A stretch of 63,170 bases of DNA, the filler included, from Octopus bimaculoides (Eukaryota): the NCBI RefSeq assembly GCF_001194135.2. It is 7 parts of 5 records of this genome, joined end to end, with 100 filler letters (N's around TTAATTAATTAA, not from the genome) between each part and the next. Parts side by side here need not be neighbours in the genome. Positions count along the whole stretch, not along the records: positions 1 to 14,229 come from NC_068998.1; 6 more parts are not named here. The stretch is one strand, 5' to 3'. Shown in pieces: positions 1 through 12,240 of this stretch. The position numbers and the translations under genes are program-made. Numbering within the stretch: position 1 is the stretch's first letter; every line of letters starts with the position of its first letter. The notes below the pieces were generated by a model, which had not been told where the DNA came from, ran no database searches, and worked only from the letters and a program-made list of their open reading frames with translations.

Positions 1-237
1 GGAAAAAGGAAGAATTAACTTTGTCACACTATATAGTTCCGATCTTTTGTCATGAAAATCGACACACAGGCGAAAATAATGATCTATTCTTCAGTAGTCA
101 CACAGATTTTGCGAGTCGAAATATAGAATAGCGCCGCATTCCACTGTGCAGTCCATTGTAAGTAAAAATAGCACGTGGCATCGGTATACTTGAACGTCCA
201 ATTTAGATGTCTCATGGCCGTAAGACACAACACAGCA

Positions 238-338
238 CACACAAACACTCACACACGCACACACACACACACACACACAAACGCACGCACACACACACGC
301 ACACACGCATACATGCGCGCACACACGCATACACACAT
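238..338. repeat. (CA)n/(CACG) microsatellite
   Basis: Direct reading; it produces the VC-rich ORF 91..336. Confidence 0.95.
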
Positions 339-370
339 ATGAAGGTGCATGACTCGGTGATTAGATAATA

Positions 371-1130
371 CGAAGATTAGTCAAAAATTTGAAGCACACA
401 TGTTCGTGATTAGCTAAAACAAACGCAGGGGTTAAACAATTACATCATTCTTTGACACAGTCCCCTCGATTTTCACTGTATTTCTTCCAGCGTCACAGTC
501 GTATTCCATCGATAAAGATTTTAGGCTGATTGCGCATTCATTTATACGGTGCTTGTGCCGTTCTTCGTCCGTACCAAGTCAACGACCTCGCAAATGATGT
601 TTAAGTGGTACAAGAAAGTGATAGTCGGATGGGTTGAGATTTGGTCTGTATTTAGGGTGTTCTAGATAGTCGAAAGCCAATTTTTAAACGTGTAACAACC
701 GTATGTGTAAGTACATACTCTTGCAATAACAACATTTGCTTGACAATAGACCTCAGTTTTTTGGTACTGATTGCTGGTTTCAGTTTGCTGGGCACCGATT
801 CACTTTAGCCTATACTGGTTACTGTAAACCACTTCTCCAGGAAAATGTCTCAGTATAGACTCTTTTCTTTTCGCTCAAAACAGTCAGCATCACTATTTCT
901 ATGGAAGATTGAGTCTTGAATTCTTTTTTGCTAGCGATTCAAGGTGTTTCTACTCCATACTCCGCCTTTTGGATTCTAGCTCAAACTAAATGACCCAGGT
1001 CTCATTTCCTGTGACCATTTCTTTCAAAGAGGCTTCTCCTTCATCGTTGTAGGAACCGAGTAAGCGTTGAGAGAGATCTACACAATTGCGCTTATGCGCT
1101 TCAGTAAGAGGCAATAAATCCGTGAGGTAT
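371..1130 (-). mobile_element. Degraded mariner transposase remnant
   Basis: Minus-strand hand translation gives YNDEGEASLKEMVTGNETWV (approx. IVTGDETWV), KKEFKTQSSIEIVMLTV, LKPAISTKK..MLLLQE and LEHPKYRPNLNPSDYHFLVPLK (approx. HPPYSPDLAPSDYHLF), with stops and frameshifts. A possible TIR TACGAAGATTAGTCAAAAA lies near 371. Confidence 0.85.
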
Positions 1131-1134
1131 TAAA

Positions 1135-1298
1135 CTGTGGTAATGCCGTTTTCAATAAAAGTTAACATTAACGGATTAACGTTAACTTCCGTTACATTTT
1201 CAAAGAATTAACGGATTAACGACTAACGAAGTTAACTTTTCGGTTACCGGATTAATTATTAACGAAGTTAACTTTTCCATTGACGGTGCCCACCTCTG
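1135..1298 (-). mobile_element. One end of a non-autonomous DNA transposon (hAT-like CAGAGGTGGGCA terminus) with subterminal TTAACG/GTTAAC repeats
   Basis: Plus strand ends ..GGTGCCCACCTCTG at 1298. TAACGAAGTTAACTTTTC occurs twice and TTAACGGATTAACG twice. The superfamily assignment is inference. Confidence 0.5.
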
Positions 1299-1309
1299 CA
1301 TGCATATGT

Positions 1310-1378
<69 letters not shown>

Positions 1379-1400
1379 TGGAGAGAGAAAGGGAGAGAGG
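1310..1400. repeat. (TA)n(GA)n compound microsatellite
   Basis: Direct reading. Confidence 0.95.
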
Positions 1401-1519
1401 GGGAAAGAGAGATCACAACTCCCACAAATAGAATTAAGTATTATGAGGTCGTTGTAATTGACTTAACTAACTTGTTCCTCGAATTTTGCGAGCAAAAGTT
1501 TGAGAGCATTTTTATTATC

Positions 1520-1890
1520 GAGTGAGAGAACAGCACGTGCCATCAAAGTCAATCAGGGTTACAGATATACGAAGCCCCATATACCAATCATGACTATGCG
1601 TCTGATACGGTTAAACAAGACACATTCACCAGAATATTATGTGCGCGATATGGTGACCTCATATCAACATAGACAGCGCATGATTTTGCAGGTAGGGCCC
1701 AGTTAGAATTTTTTTCAGATTGTGTAGTCCGTCCCGCTCAAAAAGGTTGTTTAAGAATAATGTATGAAACACCTACGTTTCCAGGGGTGAATTATTCGAA
1801 CCCTTAATTCTTCTTCACATCTCATTATGATTCTCCCCCACTATTTCTGATCGTGATCGGAGATACACATATTGTGATAGTGATATAGTG
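1520..1890. mobile_element. Diverged copy of an interspersed repeat also present at 24960-25080
   Basis: TATGATTCTCCCCCACTATTTCTGATCGTGATCGGAGATACACATATTGT (~1825-1875) aligns with TATGATGTTTTCCCACTACTTCTGCTCGTGATCAGAGATGCATATATTGT (~24995-25045). The leftward extent is estimated from recollection of an octopus repeat. Confidence 0.6.
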
Positions 1891-4044
1891 AATGAATGTA
1901 GCAAATTTCATTGACCGTATACTTATGACAAAATTTTGCAAATAAATTTAACATAATTTTGAAAGGCGAAAAAAAAAAATACCAAATATGTGAATCCATA
2001 AGTATGTGAATTCAAAGATGAGGAGAGATCAATTTTATAGAAAATAGAGAAAAGCTTTAGCATGACTTGTGACATTCGATATAGAGCTTCTTTTGAAAGT
2101 GGCGTGAAAATATAACATAAGTAGCTTATATGGACTTCTCTATCTCCATTGCACAACACATTCACAACACATGCACGACACACGACTAATAATTTTGTAA
2201 TTCGAATTACAATACATTCATTGTCGAAGCGCTAGGGTTTCATGTATTGCACTTTGGCGCACGAAAATTGTTATGCCCGTAGCTACTATAGGATCTCCAG
2301 ATTCAACAAATGAATATCATTAATGCATAATAGAGAAAGTAGTGAGTCACACTTTTCCTGGCATTTTTAAATCCAGCTGCACACACTCCACACGTATACA
2401 CATATATACACTCCTACATAAACTCATATTTTTGTATATAACAGAGATACATATCATGGATCTAAGAAGTATATCGAAATACAAACAGTACACTTTTACA
2501 CCCAACATTTCGTGGACTTTTGCACATTCTTTTACAGAAACTAATGCATTTCCTTGTGCATGTAAAAATACCTGCAATGTTGTCTGTTTCTATGTGTGTT
2601 ACAAACTCCAGAATTCTTTGTGTAGAGGCGCTATGGGTTTTATTTCTTTTATATTTTAATGAAGCAGCATCCTGCATTAACGACTTCCAAAACAGGTAAA
2701 ATGACAGACGATGGAGTTAGGATGGGTGTAGTCTGTAACGTAACTCACTATGTTGCTGGCAATTTATTTTATGGACCTCGTAAAGATTAAAGGTAAAAAT
2801 TACCACCGACGGGATTTGAGCTCAGCTTGTAAACCAACGTCAACTAAATACCACTAGCATATTCTATCCATTTCTCCAACCATTCTTTTAACCCACCGTT
2901 ATTAGTGTTTAAATTTTGGCTTGATTCTGCAGTTTTGAAAAATCACTAATGCCAATGAGGAAATTAATGTTCAATATTGGATTATTAAGCAGCTATGTCA
3001 TGTCTGTAAAGTATCTTGTGAAAGTTAATGGAATAGTCTCTAGTGAGATTTTTCTTTGTTTTTTTTTATGTGAGCTCATTTTATTAATGGACACATTAAT
3101 ATGTTAGAGTCGGCAAGAACAGTGAAATGCCGGAATGAAATCGTTTTACTATTTAACTCTCAATATCTCTCTTCTACGTTCATCGTAACTGAGGTCGACT
3201 TTGCCTTTCATTCCCCAGGGATTCTATGTCGGTCACATTGTGAGAGGTTAATTCGACAGACTGTATAAGATTTTGTCGTATTGAGTGTGTGTGTGTGTGT
3301 GTGTATGTGTGTGTGTGTTAAAAACAAAAAGTATATCGTTATTAATAAATGGTCAATAGGCAAGAGTATTATTTATTTTCCGAGTAACTGTGCCGTTACT
3401 TTCCTGGTTTGTAGTTTAATATTGAAGTTTAGCATTAAAATATTCTAATTTCAAAGAACATATGATTCTATGCATACAGTTGTAGAGTCAAACAACTCAG
3501 CTCATAAACTCAAACTATACTGGTAATGTGTGTATTTTTTTGTCTATACAATTGGCAAAGACTAAGTCTCACCTCTGTTGGTATATAGCGTTAAACACGA
3601 AACCTGAAGTTCCAGTAATCTCAATAATATCACGATATATTTATATATCCATATATATATATACATACATACACACACATATAGAAACACGCCCGCTTGC
3701 ATGCACACACACACACACACACACACACATACATACACACACATATACATATAGACGCTATATAGATAAACAAACTGAAGGCAAATGAAAATCACAGTGC
3801 GAGATATCCATGCAAAAGAAACATATGTCGGGCAGATTTAAATTAAATTTACTGCATAATGTATCGTGGTAATATTTTCCTTATTCACAGAATATTGCAC
3901 AAGCGCTCAGTTCTCAGTACACATCTTACAGCAGACGTAGTTGCAAGCAAATGAAAGTGTTTCCCAAACTCCTATTCTTTTGTTATTCAATCTCTAATAC
4001 ATGGGTGTGTGCGTGCGAATGTGTGAGTATGTGTGAGTCTATGT

Positions 4045-4350
4045 GTTGAGACTTAATCGGCAGCATGGAATTTTTCTGCTGCACGACAACGCCCTCATAT
4101 CTCCAATATAACCAAGGAAGCCATTCAAACGCATGGCTAGGAAGTGCTGTCACACCCGCCGTACTCTCCTGATTTGGCAGGAGAGTACGGATTTCCACCT
4201 CATTCGATCTCTTTCAAGTTCTATGCGCGGAGTTTCGTTCAATACTGGTGCAGAATTTCGAGTCGAAATCGGGTGACGTCTACCAACGCCGTATTGAAAA
4301 TCTTCTTGAACGTTGGGAAGAAGTTGTAAACAACAGGCGTGAATATATAT
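4045..4350 (+). mobile_element. Mariner transposase C-terminal remnant
   Basis: LLHDNA, EVLSHPPYSPDLA, DFHLIRSL and RIENLLERWEEVVNN motifs, frameshifted. Confidence 0.9.
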
Positions 4351-4414
4351 ATATAAATACATATATATGGCAAATGAAAGACGGAAGATGGAATATACGA
4401 GAATTTATTATTAA

Positions 4415-4460
4415 TCTCGACAATTGTTTCGACACATCTAGCATCGCATCCTCATGGGTG
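4415..4460 (-). ncRNA. Highly degenerate hammerhead-like motif (PLE terminal-repeat relic)
   Basis: Minus strand: CCCATGA G GATGC-loop-GTGTC GAAAC AATT GTC. Stem III ACAATTGT is palindromic; the CUGANGA box has two substitutions. Confidence 0.3.
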
Positions 4461-5016
4461 GGACACTCTCAGCAACTGGTTCAGGAGCATCCGGTGGTGC
4501 AGATGTATCTCGTCGAGTGATAAATAAATACAGCTCGTTAAATTGACTGTGTTCCGCTATGTATGTGTGTATATGTGCGTGCATGTAAATGTGTAAGTAT
4601 CCCGCCAGTCAAAGATTGATCTTACATTTATGCATGTATGTGTGCAAAACTCAAGTCAACACAGTATCAATTTTTACTCCAGGAAAACGCTGCTAATCTG
4701 TGCTGATACAGCTCGGAATCTGTGGTTGCAGATGTTGCTATCAGAATTCAAGAAGCCGGACATATACTGCAAGGCATCTTGCCCTCTAACACTACCACCA
4801 TTTCAACGCCCTGGACTGGTGCCTTTATATAGCCCGAAGGTATGAAATGAAGATTTTGAATTCACATCGCAGTTTGTCGGACAAAATGCGTAAATCATTA
4901 TCTCCAGCATTATAATTATTTTGTAGCTTTCCCGTCTGTGTAGTGCGTGGTTAAAATAGCTAAGTTTGTTTAATTAAATTATAGCAACATTTTAGCAAAT
5001 TATGTTCAAATTATGG

Positions 5017-5091
5017 CAAAATTGTTTAACTAAATTGTTGACAAAATTGTTTAACTAAATTGTTGACAAAATTGTTTAATTAAATTACGAC
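5017..5091. repeat. 25-bp tandem repeat, ~3 copies
   Basis: CAAAATTGTTTAACTAAATTGTTGA units start at 5017, 5042 and 5067 (third diverged). Confidence 0.9.
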
Positions 5092-5199
5092 AGAATTTTA
5101 GTATTTTAGTATTTTGTACTGTAGACGCAAGTAGACTGTGTCGTAATGAAGCTCGTTTTCGAGCCCGAAGTCATGAGTTCCGTTCCACTGTCCGGCACC

Positions 5200-5750
5200 T
5201 ATCTTTCTTTACTTTGCTGTAGCTACCATAACTTAGACTTGCCAGCTTTTCCGAGTAGTCAGACTCTTTCATCACCACTGTAGCATTTCCTTTATCTGCT
5301 GGAAGTATTATCATGGAATTGTCACTCTATAGTCTTTTGATAGCGAACGTTTCTTCCTTAGTGATGTTTGGTCTGGAAAGTTTCGCTTTTTCTAGTACTT
5401 GTCTCACTTTCCACCTTAGTTCATCTCCATGAGCTTTTGGTATCTGTATGGCTATCTCTTCAATAGGGGTTATTTTGTCCAAGTATGGAATGCGCTTGAT
5501 GGTTGTCGCAAAGTTGAGACCTTTGTTTAGTACTGCTTCTTCAGAGCTTTCTTGATGTCGGCTACTTACATTAGTTACTGCTTTCACAGGTGTGTGACGG
5601 ACTTCAGTCTTCATTCTCTGACCGTTGAGCTTCATAAAGTTCTTAATCTGGTGTGTTCACCATTTCAAATTCTTTCATGTATGACTTATCCAGATCTTGG
5701 ATTCTCTTTCTATTATCTTCTCTCGTTATTTTTCTAAGTAACGAAGACAA
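5200..5750 (-). mobile_element. Penelope-like retroelement N-terminal fragment (Poseidon-type wording)
   Basis: ORF 5327..5635 has VLNKGLNFA and NITKEE. After one stop the frame continues SDNSMIILPADKGNATVVMKESDYSEKL, the PLE DKG motif. Confidence 0.9.
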
Positions 5751-6731
5751 CCTCTCTTTGATTTCGTTATTTAATTGATGTTTTTTCCAACGGTTGTAAT
5801 GGATCCTCTCACGGACGAGGGCGTGTCCTGCCCTTTCCGCTACTCTTCTAGTTTTATATGAATACAGATATTATTATTGTCATTATTATCTGCGGTAAAT
5901 ATAAATAATTGATAATAACAACAACAATAATGTAGGTGGTTGCATGCGTTAAATAGCGTTAGATAGCTATAAAATTAAAATTTATATTTATCATATATGA
6001 TTGGGAAAAAAGAGGTTGAAAGGAAAGCAGATAATAATAAAATAGATAATAATAAAAATAGAGGTTGAATGAAAGGGAGATAATAATAATGCTACTGATT
6101 CCAACAAGGGAAGGTGCTCGTGCGCGTGTATGTATGTGAGAATCGTTTGTGTGAATGTGTATGTGTGAATAGGGGCGAGTGGCTCGGACGCATGTGTTTC
6201 TATGCGCGTGTGTAACGTGTGTGTTTGTGTTTGCTGTGCGTAGCAGTTGATATGTGCTATTTCACGAGGAGTGTCCTCATGTGTATGTGTGTCTGTGACT
6301 AAACAGTGTGTATGTGTATAAGGTACGTGGGCGAACGTTATCTTTTCCTATTAAGTTGCGTGTGTTAATGCGTGTTGCTTGTGTATGTATATATTCTCTG
6401 TGTTCAGGTATTGTGTGCTTGTGTGAGTGTGGGAGTGTGCACGGTGACGTGCTATGTGTATACTGAGTTAAACAGTGTATGTGGCTGCTCATTGTGGTAT
6501 GTATAGTGGTATGTGTCGTGGGGCTATTTAAGATGGTGCGTGGGTGCGTGGGGTGGGTGCCAAGAAGTGGTCAGTTCTAGTGTGCGTGGAGTGGTGTGAT
6601 GTTTGTATCAAATGAGGAAAAGAAGTGAAGTTGGTGTCAGATGAAGAGAGGAGGAGAGGTGAGACCATGTGGCGCGCGCACACACACACACACACACACA
6701 CATACATATACATTTACATACATAGGATCAC

Positions 6732-6773
6732 AACTGTCCAACGAATAAGAACGTGAAACTCTGAGTAACAGTT
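6732..6773 (+). ncRNA. Degenerate type I hammerhead-like motif
   Basis: AACTGT CCAACGA ataagaacgt GAAAC TCTGA GTA ACAGTT. Perfect 6-bp stem I and near-palindromic stem III; the core differs from CUGACGA at two positions and stem II is poor. Confidence 0.4.
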
Positions 6774-6934
6774 TTCTCTGATGTTTTACAGCATTTATAA
6801 AAAAAGATCATGTTACTCTACCTTCGGTATTCGATTACAACTTGTCCACCTTGTATTGCATTTATGTGCTTACTCGTCTACACACACACACGCGCACACA
6901 CATACCCACACACATGTATATATTATTATCATGT

Positions 6935-6976
<42 letters not shown>

Positions 6977-7029
6977 GTGTGCGTGTAAGTTTGTGCTTCT
7001 GTGTGTGTTTGTGAGTGTGTTTCTCTGCG

Positions 7030-7200
7030 TCTGTGCTTTTCATCCCCACATCTAGCGCTTGACAACCGATGTTCTTAGGTTTGGTACAATAAGTACCAGT
7101 CTTAAAGAAAATGTTGGGCCGATTTGTTTAAATAAACCCCTTCAAAGTGGTACTGCAGCATGGCCGCAGACTATTATTAATAAAAGATTAAACGAAACGA
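7030..7200 (+). mobile_element. 3' half of a SINE (family of 42165-43112)
   Basis: CGCTTGACAACCGATG..AATAAGTACCAG..CAGCATGGCCGCAG resembles 42960-43085; follows a (CT)n/(GT)n tract. Confidence 0.6.
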
Positions 7201-8329
7201 TTAACAAGTAAAAAAATAAAATCTAACGTAGCATCATAATTTCATATGTACCCATGTTTATACAGTTATATTTTAAATGCAGTTTTATTCCGATAAAACG
7301 GAATGCTTGATTGAAGATAGAATGCATTGTATGTTATTATAAAACAAAGCTTGTTAGATTGATATGAAGAATTTGTCAGAGTATGACTTGGTTAATGAAT
7401 ATAAGATTCCTATGAGAATATCGACAAAGACATTTATTTACATGATTAGAGGAAAACTAGACCGAAAAATTATTTTGGATAGCATCCGGAAGACAAATAA
7501 TATAACTATGAAATAACATACCTCTAAATACAGAAGTGAGTTTGCTGGGAAAATGATAAACATTGATGCTAAATCTATACACCTGAAACCGCACGACATT
7601 CTTTGTAATATACGCAAACATAGTTAAGAGGCATCCGCTATTGAATTAATATCTAGAGAGATGAGATAACGTGATATGATGAAGTGCTAAATGTAATCTT
7701 AACAGGAGAATGAACCGGAAAGTTATTTCTAACGTGGAATTTTTGCCGGAATATACAATTTCCAAGGGAATTTCAGATGACTGAACACCAAATAGATTCC
7801 ATTTCTATTGTCCAATTTAAATGCTGTTATACCGGATATTTTCTAAAATGGTACCCCCCAAAAATGGGCTTTTACGAATGTGTTGTTATATCTCCTTTCA
7901 AACTCTAAATGTGTTTGATGGCTGATAGTTACATCAAATGAAAAAATATATATTTTCTCCGATATAGTGTACGTCATTCTCACGTAACCTTACACCCGTC
8001 ACGTAAATAGCAAATTTAAGAACACGGATCACTCGTGTCTTCTATAGGGATATGTTACTGTCCATTGGTACCCTCTGAATAACACGCTAGTTAAGTGATC
8101 TTAGACACAAAGAGATTATCGTAGACTGGATAGCAAGATATGGATAAAAGAACTCTCAATTGGTCCTGCAACGATCTATTAATTTGATTATCAATAATTT
8201 TTACAAATATTAAGAATTAAATAATGCCTATTATTTAATCACCATACTATAGGATGTTATTGTAGATCGCCGGTCACAGTGCACGTTCTCACCTTGTTGC
8301 AGCTTTCGCATGATTTCACCCAGGTGGCT

Positions 8330-8525
8330 TGATGGGTAGGCAATCGGTCCCCGTAAACGAGACATCATTCCATCGTAGGGTTACCTATTAACAGCTGAGT
8401 GGACGGGAGCAACGTGTAACGAAGTGTTTTTGCACAAGAACACAACACTCTTCTGGTCTGGGGATAGAAAACACGATCTTGCGATCGTGATACAGTACCC
8501 TAACCATTCCTTAAACCACTCACCT
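8330..8525 (-). mobile_element. Old tRNA-derived SINE
   Basis: Reverse complement shows a tRNA-like head (TGGTTAGGGT..GTGTTTTCTATCCC) followed by TTGTGTTCTTGTGCAAAAACACTTCGTTACACGTTGCTCC. A related fragment lies at ~21600-21735. Confidence 0.55.
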
Positions 8526-8783
8526 TCTCACATTTTATTTATTGCCATATTATATCAGTAGTTGGTTTGTTGTTAAGGATAGCAGAGGTCAACAGATATG
8601 TTGGTGATATCAATTATTAGATGTTAGCGTCAGCACGAAACAAGACTAGGAAATATATTTGATCATTGCTTCCATGTTGTTATATCAGTACTAATAGTTC
8701 GGGAAGGTCAATCTGATAAACAAGAGGAGCATCCTGTTTGCAGTTCATATCTGTTTTATTATCAGTTGAGTAATTAGTTAATT

Positions 8784-9718
8784 NNNNNNNNNNNNNNNNN
8801 NNNNNNNNNNNNNNNNNNNNNNNNNNNNNNNNNNNNNNNNNNNNNNNNNNNNNNNNNNNNNNNNNNNNNNNNNNNNNNNNNNNNNNNNNNNNNNNNNNNN
8901 NNNNNNNNNNNNNNNNNNNNNNNNNNNNNNNNNNNNNNNNNNNNNNNNNNNNNNNNNNNNNNNNNNNNNNNNNNNNNNNNNNNNNNNNNNNNNNNNNNNN
9001 NNNNNNNNNNNNNNNNNNNNNNNNNNNNNNNNNNNNNNNNNNNNNNNNNNNNNNNNNNNNNNNNNNNNNNNNNNNNNNNNNNNNNNNNNNNNNNNNNNNN
9101 NNNNNNNNNNNNNNNNNNNNNNNNNNNNNNNNNNNNNNNNNNNNNNNNNNNNNNNNNNNNNNNNNNNNNNNNNNNNNNNNNNNNNNNNNNNNNNNNNNNN
9201 NNNNNNNNNNNNNNNNNNNNNNNNNNNNNNNNNNNNNNNNNNNNNNNNNNNNNNNNNNNNNNNNNNNNNNNNNNNNNNNNNNNNNNNNNNNNNNNNNNNN
9301 NNNNNNNNNNNNNNNNNNNNNNNNNNNNNNNNNNNNNNNNNNNNNNNNNNNNNNNNNNNNNNNNNNNNNNNNNNNNNNNNNNNNNNNNNNNNNNNNNNNN
9401 NNNNNNNNNNNNNNNNNNNNNNNNNNNNNNNNNNNNNNNNNNNNNNNNNNNNNNNNNNNNNNNNNNNNNNNNNNNNNNNNNNNNNNNNNNNNNNNNNNNN
9501 NNNNNNNNNNNNNNNNNNNNNNNNNNNNNNNNNNNNNNNNNNNNNNNNNNNNNNNNNNNNNNNNNNNNNNNNNNNNNNNNNNNNNNNNNNNNNNNNNNNN
9601 NNNNNNNNNNNNNNNNNNNNNNNNNNNNNNNNNNNNNNNNNNNNNNNNNNNNNNNNNNNNNNNNNNNNNNNNNNNNNNNNNNNNNNNNNNNNNNNNNNNN
9701 NNNNNNNNNNNNNNNNNN
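8784..9718. other. Largest assembly gap (N run)
   Basis: Direct reading. Many further gaps occur, most bordered by (TA)n or other microsatellites. Confidence 1.
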
Positions 9719-9989
9719 GTGAGAATTTACATATATATATATATGTGTGTGTGTGTATGATAACCCCTTACTAAAAAAATATCTACAACAAATACATCTA
9801 CAGAAATAAATAAACGTCTAACTCGTTCAAACTACAAACATCTAAATCTAACTTCTCACTTGGAAGTAAAACGTTTTCAATCTAGCAATAGGGACAATTC
9901 ACTAATACGAAAAACTAGAAGAAACCAACTTAGGGTTAGGAGTAATTGTTTCTCCCCAGTACTAGAAACATCAAAGGGACTTCTTCCAC

Positions 9990-10790
9990 CCTTCATCGAA
10001 GAAACGCAGCCTACGGAATTGCAGCCTATTTACCCAGCCAAACCAACTCCTCAGCAACTCAAACAAAATTAAGACCCCCAAAATTTATTCCCACGCAGAA
10101 ACCCGAACCACGTACTTCAAACCAACTTACCCAGAAAGCAACACCAGCCTTCTAGTAATACTAATATAATTAATAACACTGATAATTTCTACCAACCAAA
10201 TTACAGTAAGCATTTTTTAGACCGAGTGGAGAGAAACAGGGACACACGTTGGAACAAAACATACAGGAGAAACCCAAAGTAATAAATTTATCAAAGAAAA
10301 CTCTCTCTGCAACAAGAATCAGTATGCTAACTAAAGTATTAATTTTTACCCCAACCCCACGAAGATCAATCCATAATGAAATTAAGGACAATATTTCGCA
10401 ATCCAGCAGTAAACCACGACTGACTACAACAACGAGGATGATCACTGGTTAAAAACAGTTGCAGTTTTATTCCACCTAAAGGCAGGAATAAAACATTAGA
10501 TGACTTCTGCGACCATAACCAAATTTTCCAAATACTTTCCATAAGCGAAAGAGTAATTCAAACCTCAACAATCTAGAATGGAAAAATCTAATTGAACTAC
10601 AAAACGGCAAAGAACTGACAATTAAAGAAGCAGACAAAGGAAGTGGTATAGTCCTGATAGACACAGAATTCCACAAAAAATTAGTATTATCCATACAAGA
10701 AAACGATACCTTCTATGAAAATGTTGTAAGCTATAAACAACAAACAACAAAAAACAATGCATCCTTAATTCTTCTACATGGAAAAGGCCT
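9990..10790 (+). mobile_element. Penelope-like (Neptune-type) N-terminal fragment, decayed
   Basis: KPKVINLSKKTLS..LTKVLIFTPTP, FYPPKGRNKTLDDF, NLNNLEWKNLIELQNGKELTIKEADKGSGIVLIDTEF across frameshifts. Confidence 0.88.
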
Positions 10791-11416
10791 GACATTTTTT
10801 TTTTCTTGATTAATAAAGCAAAGAGCAACTCGAACAGCGATCGTGTAGAGGGGTGATGTATAGCATTTTTACTAGTCCTCGAGTATTTAATTCCGTCCGT
10901 TTATGTCTTGGATTCAAACAATAATATCAACTACTTTGTTTTCATCCATTTGTTTGATAAAATAGCTATCATCAAATAACAAGTGAGATCAAGGGAAACT
11001 TTTCATGCTGCTGCGTTGGGTCTGTTTTGCATTTGTTAGAAATCATTATAAATATTGCTTTTAAATGTCAAAAGGCGTTGGGTCATTCAACTCTAACTAA
11101 AGTCAATGGCGAACGAGATTACATTGCTAAGATGCTGCTTCAATTTGCTTGGCTGGAAATAGATAAACGACAACATAATAAAATAAAGTATTCTAATTTG
11201 AACAACGTTTTGAATCTATCAGTTTTTGCAATTTATTTATTCAAGTGGTAATGCAAATGATTATCGAAAGCTAATGCCCATCATTAGACGAATCTTAAAG
11301 CATCTCGTATATTGGTCTCAGTTATTAGACTGTGGCTATGCTGGTGTACCGCATTAAAGTGTTTAGTGAATCAAATCGACACCGTTTGTTTTTGAAATCT
11401 GGTCCATAGTCTAAAT

Positions 11417-12240
11417 CAGTGTTTCCAAACCTTTTGCAACTCAGGGACCATTTTTACTTGAAAACATTTCTAGGGACCACTTCTACTTTTACTTTACGCT
11501 GTTCTATTTTCACACTAAGATACTTAATGAAAAGGCAAAATATCCTATTTAAACTTTAAAATTTATTTTAGCGAAGCAAAGATAAAATTTAAAATTTATT
11601 TTAGTAAACAAAGATAAACACAGGATATCAAAATCATTTTTCATAAAGTCGTTAATTTTTAGACCATTCAGCTAATGACTTGCTTGATGTTGGTGTTACT
11701 GACACAAGAAATCATAATCAATTTTAATGAACTCATTTAGTCTTAGTCTGATAGTTCCTCTGCTGTTGATATCTAATTTATTTCTTTTTCTACTTAAAAT
11801 ATCTACAACAGCTGAAAGTGCAGATTCCACCATCCATACTAATATTATGCCTATAAAATAGGGGTTATATATATTATTATTTAAGTAATATTATTATTAG
11901 ATTTATCAGTCGTAATATGTCCTTCGTACCGTGTAATTATTGCGCACTTAAAAACTTTCGATCGTATCTTTATTAAGATATTTGAACTTGAAAACTACTT
12001 TTATCATAGCGTTTTATAAGTGGGTTTTTTTTTTTTGTAGATAAGTTCATTCTCTATAATTTTTGATTATCGTTTTTGAAATTTGAGTAGACTTTACCTT
12101 CATTTAATACATATGATGATTGAGAGCCAATGAGCATTTTCAACACCTGATTTGCTACGCTTTCCAGTAAGGATCCAAAGCTGCAAAAACCACTTGGTGC
12201 ATTTTTAATGTGTACAGAAATGGTTTTCACGTTGCAATGA
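11417..12240 (-). mobile_element. hAT (Charlie/Buster-like) 3' remnant with TIR
   Basis: TIR CAGTGTTTCCAAACCTTTT at 11417 preceded by GTCTAAAT (Charlie-like target NTCTARAN). Minus strand reads VESALSAVVDILSRKRNKLDINSRGTIRLRL, the hAT dimerisation region. Confidence 0.8.

Noticed and set aside
5805-5840. CGGACGA GGGC-loop-GCCC hairpin resembling the left half of a hammerhead
   Set aside because: Followed by TTTCC instead of GAAA, so the core is absent.
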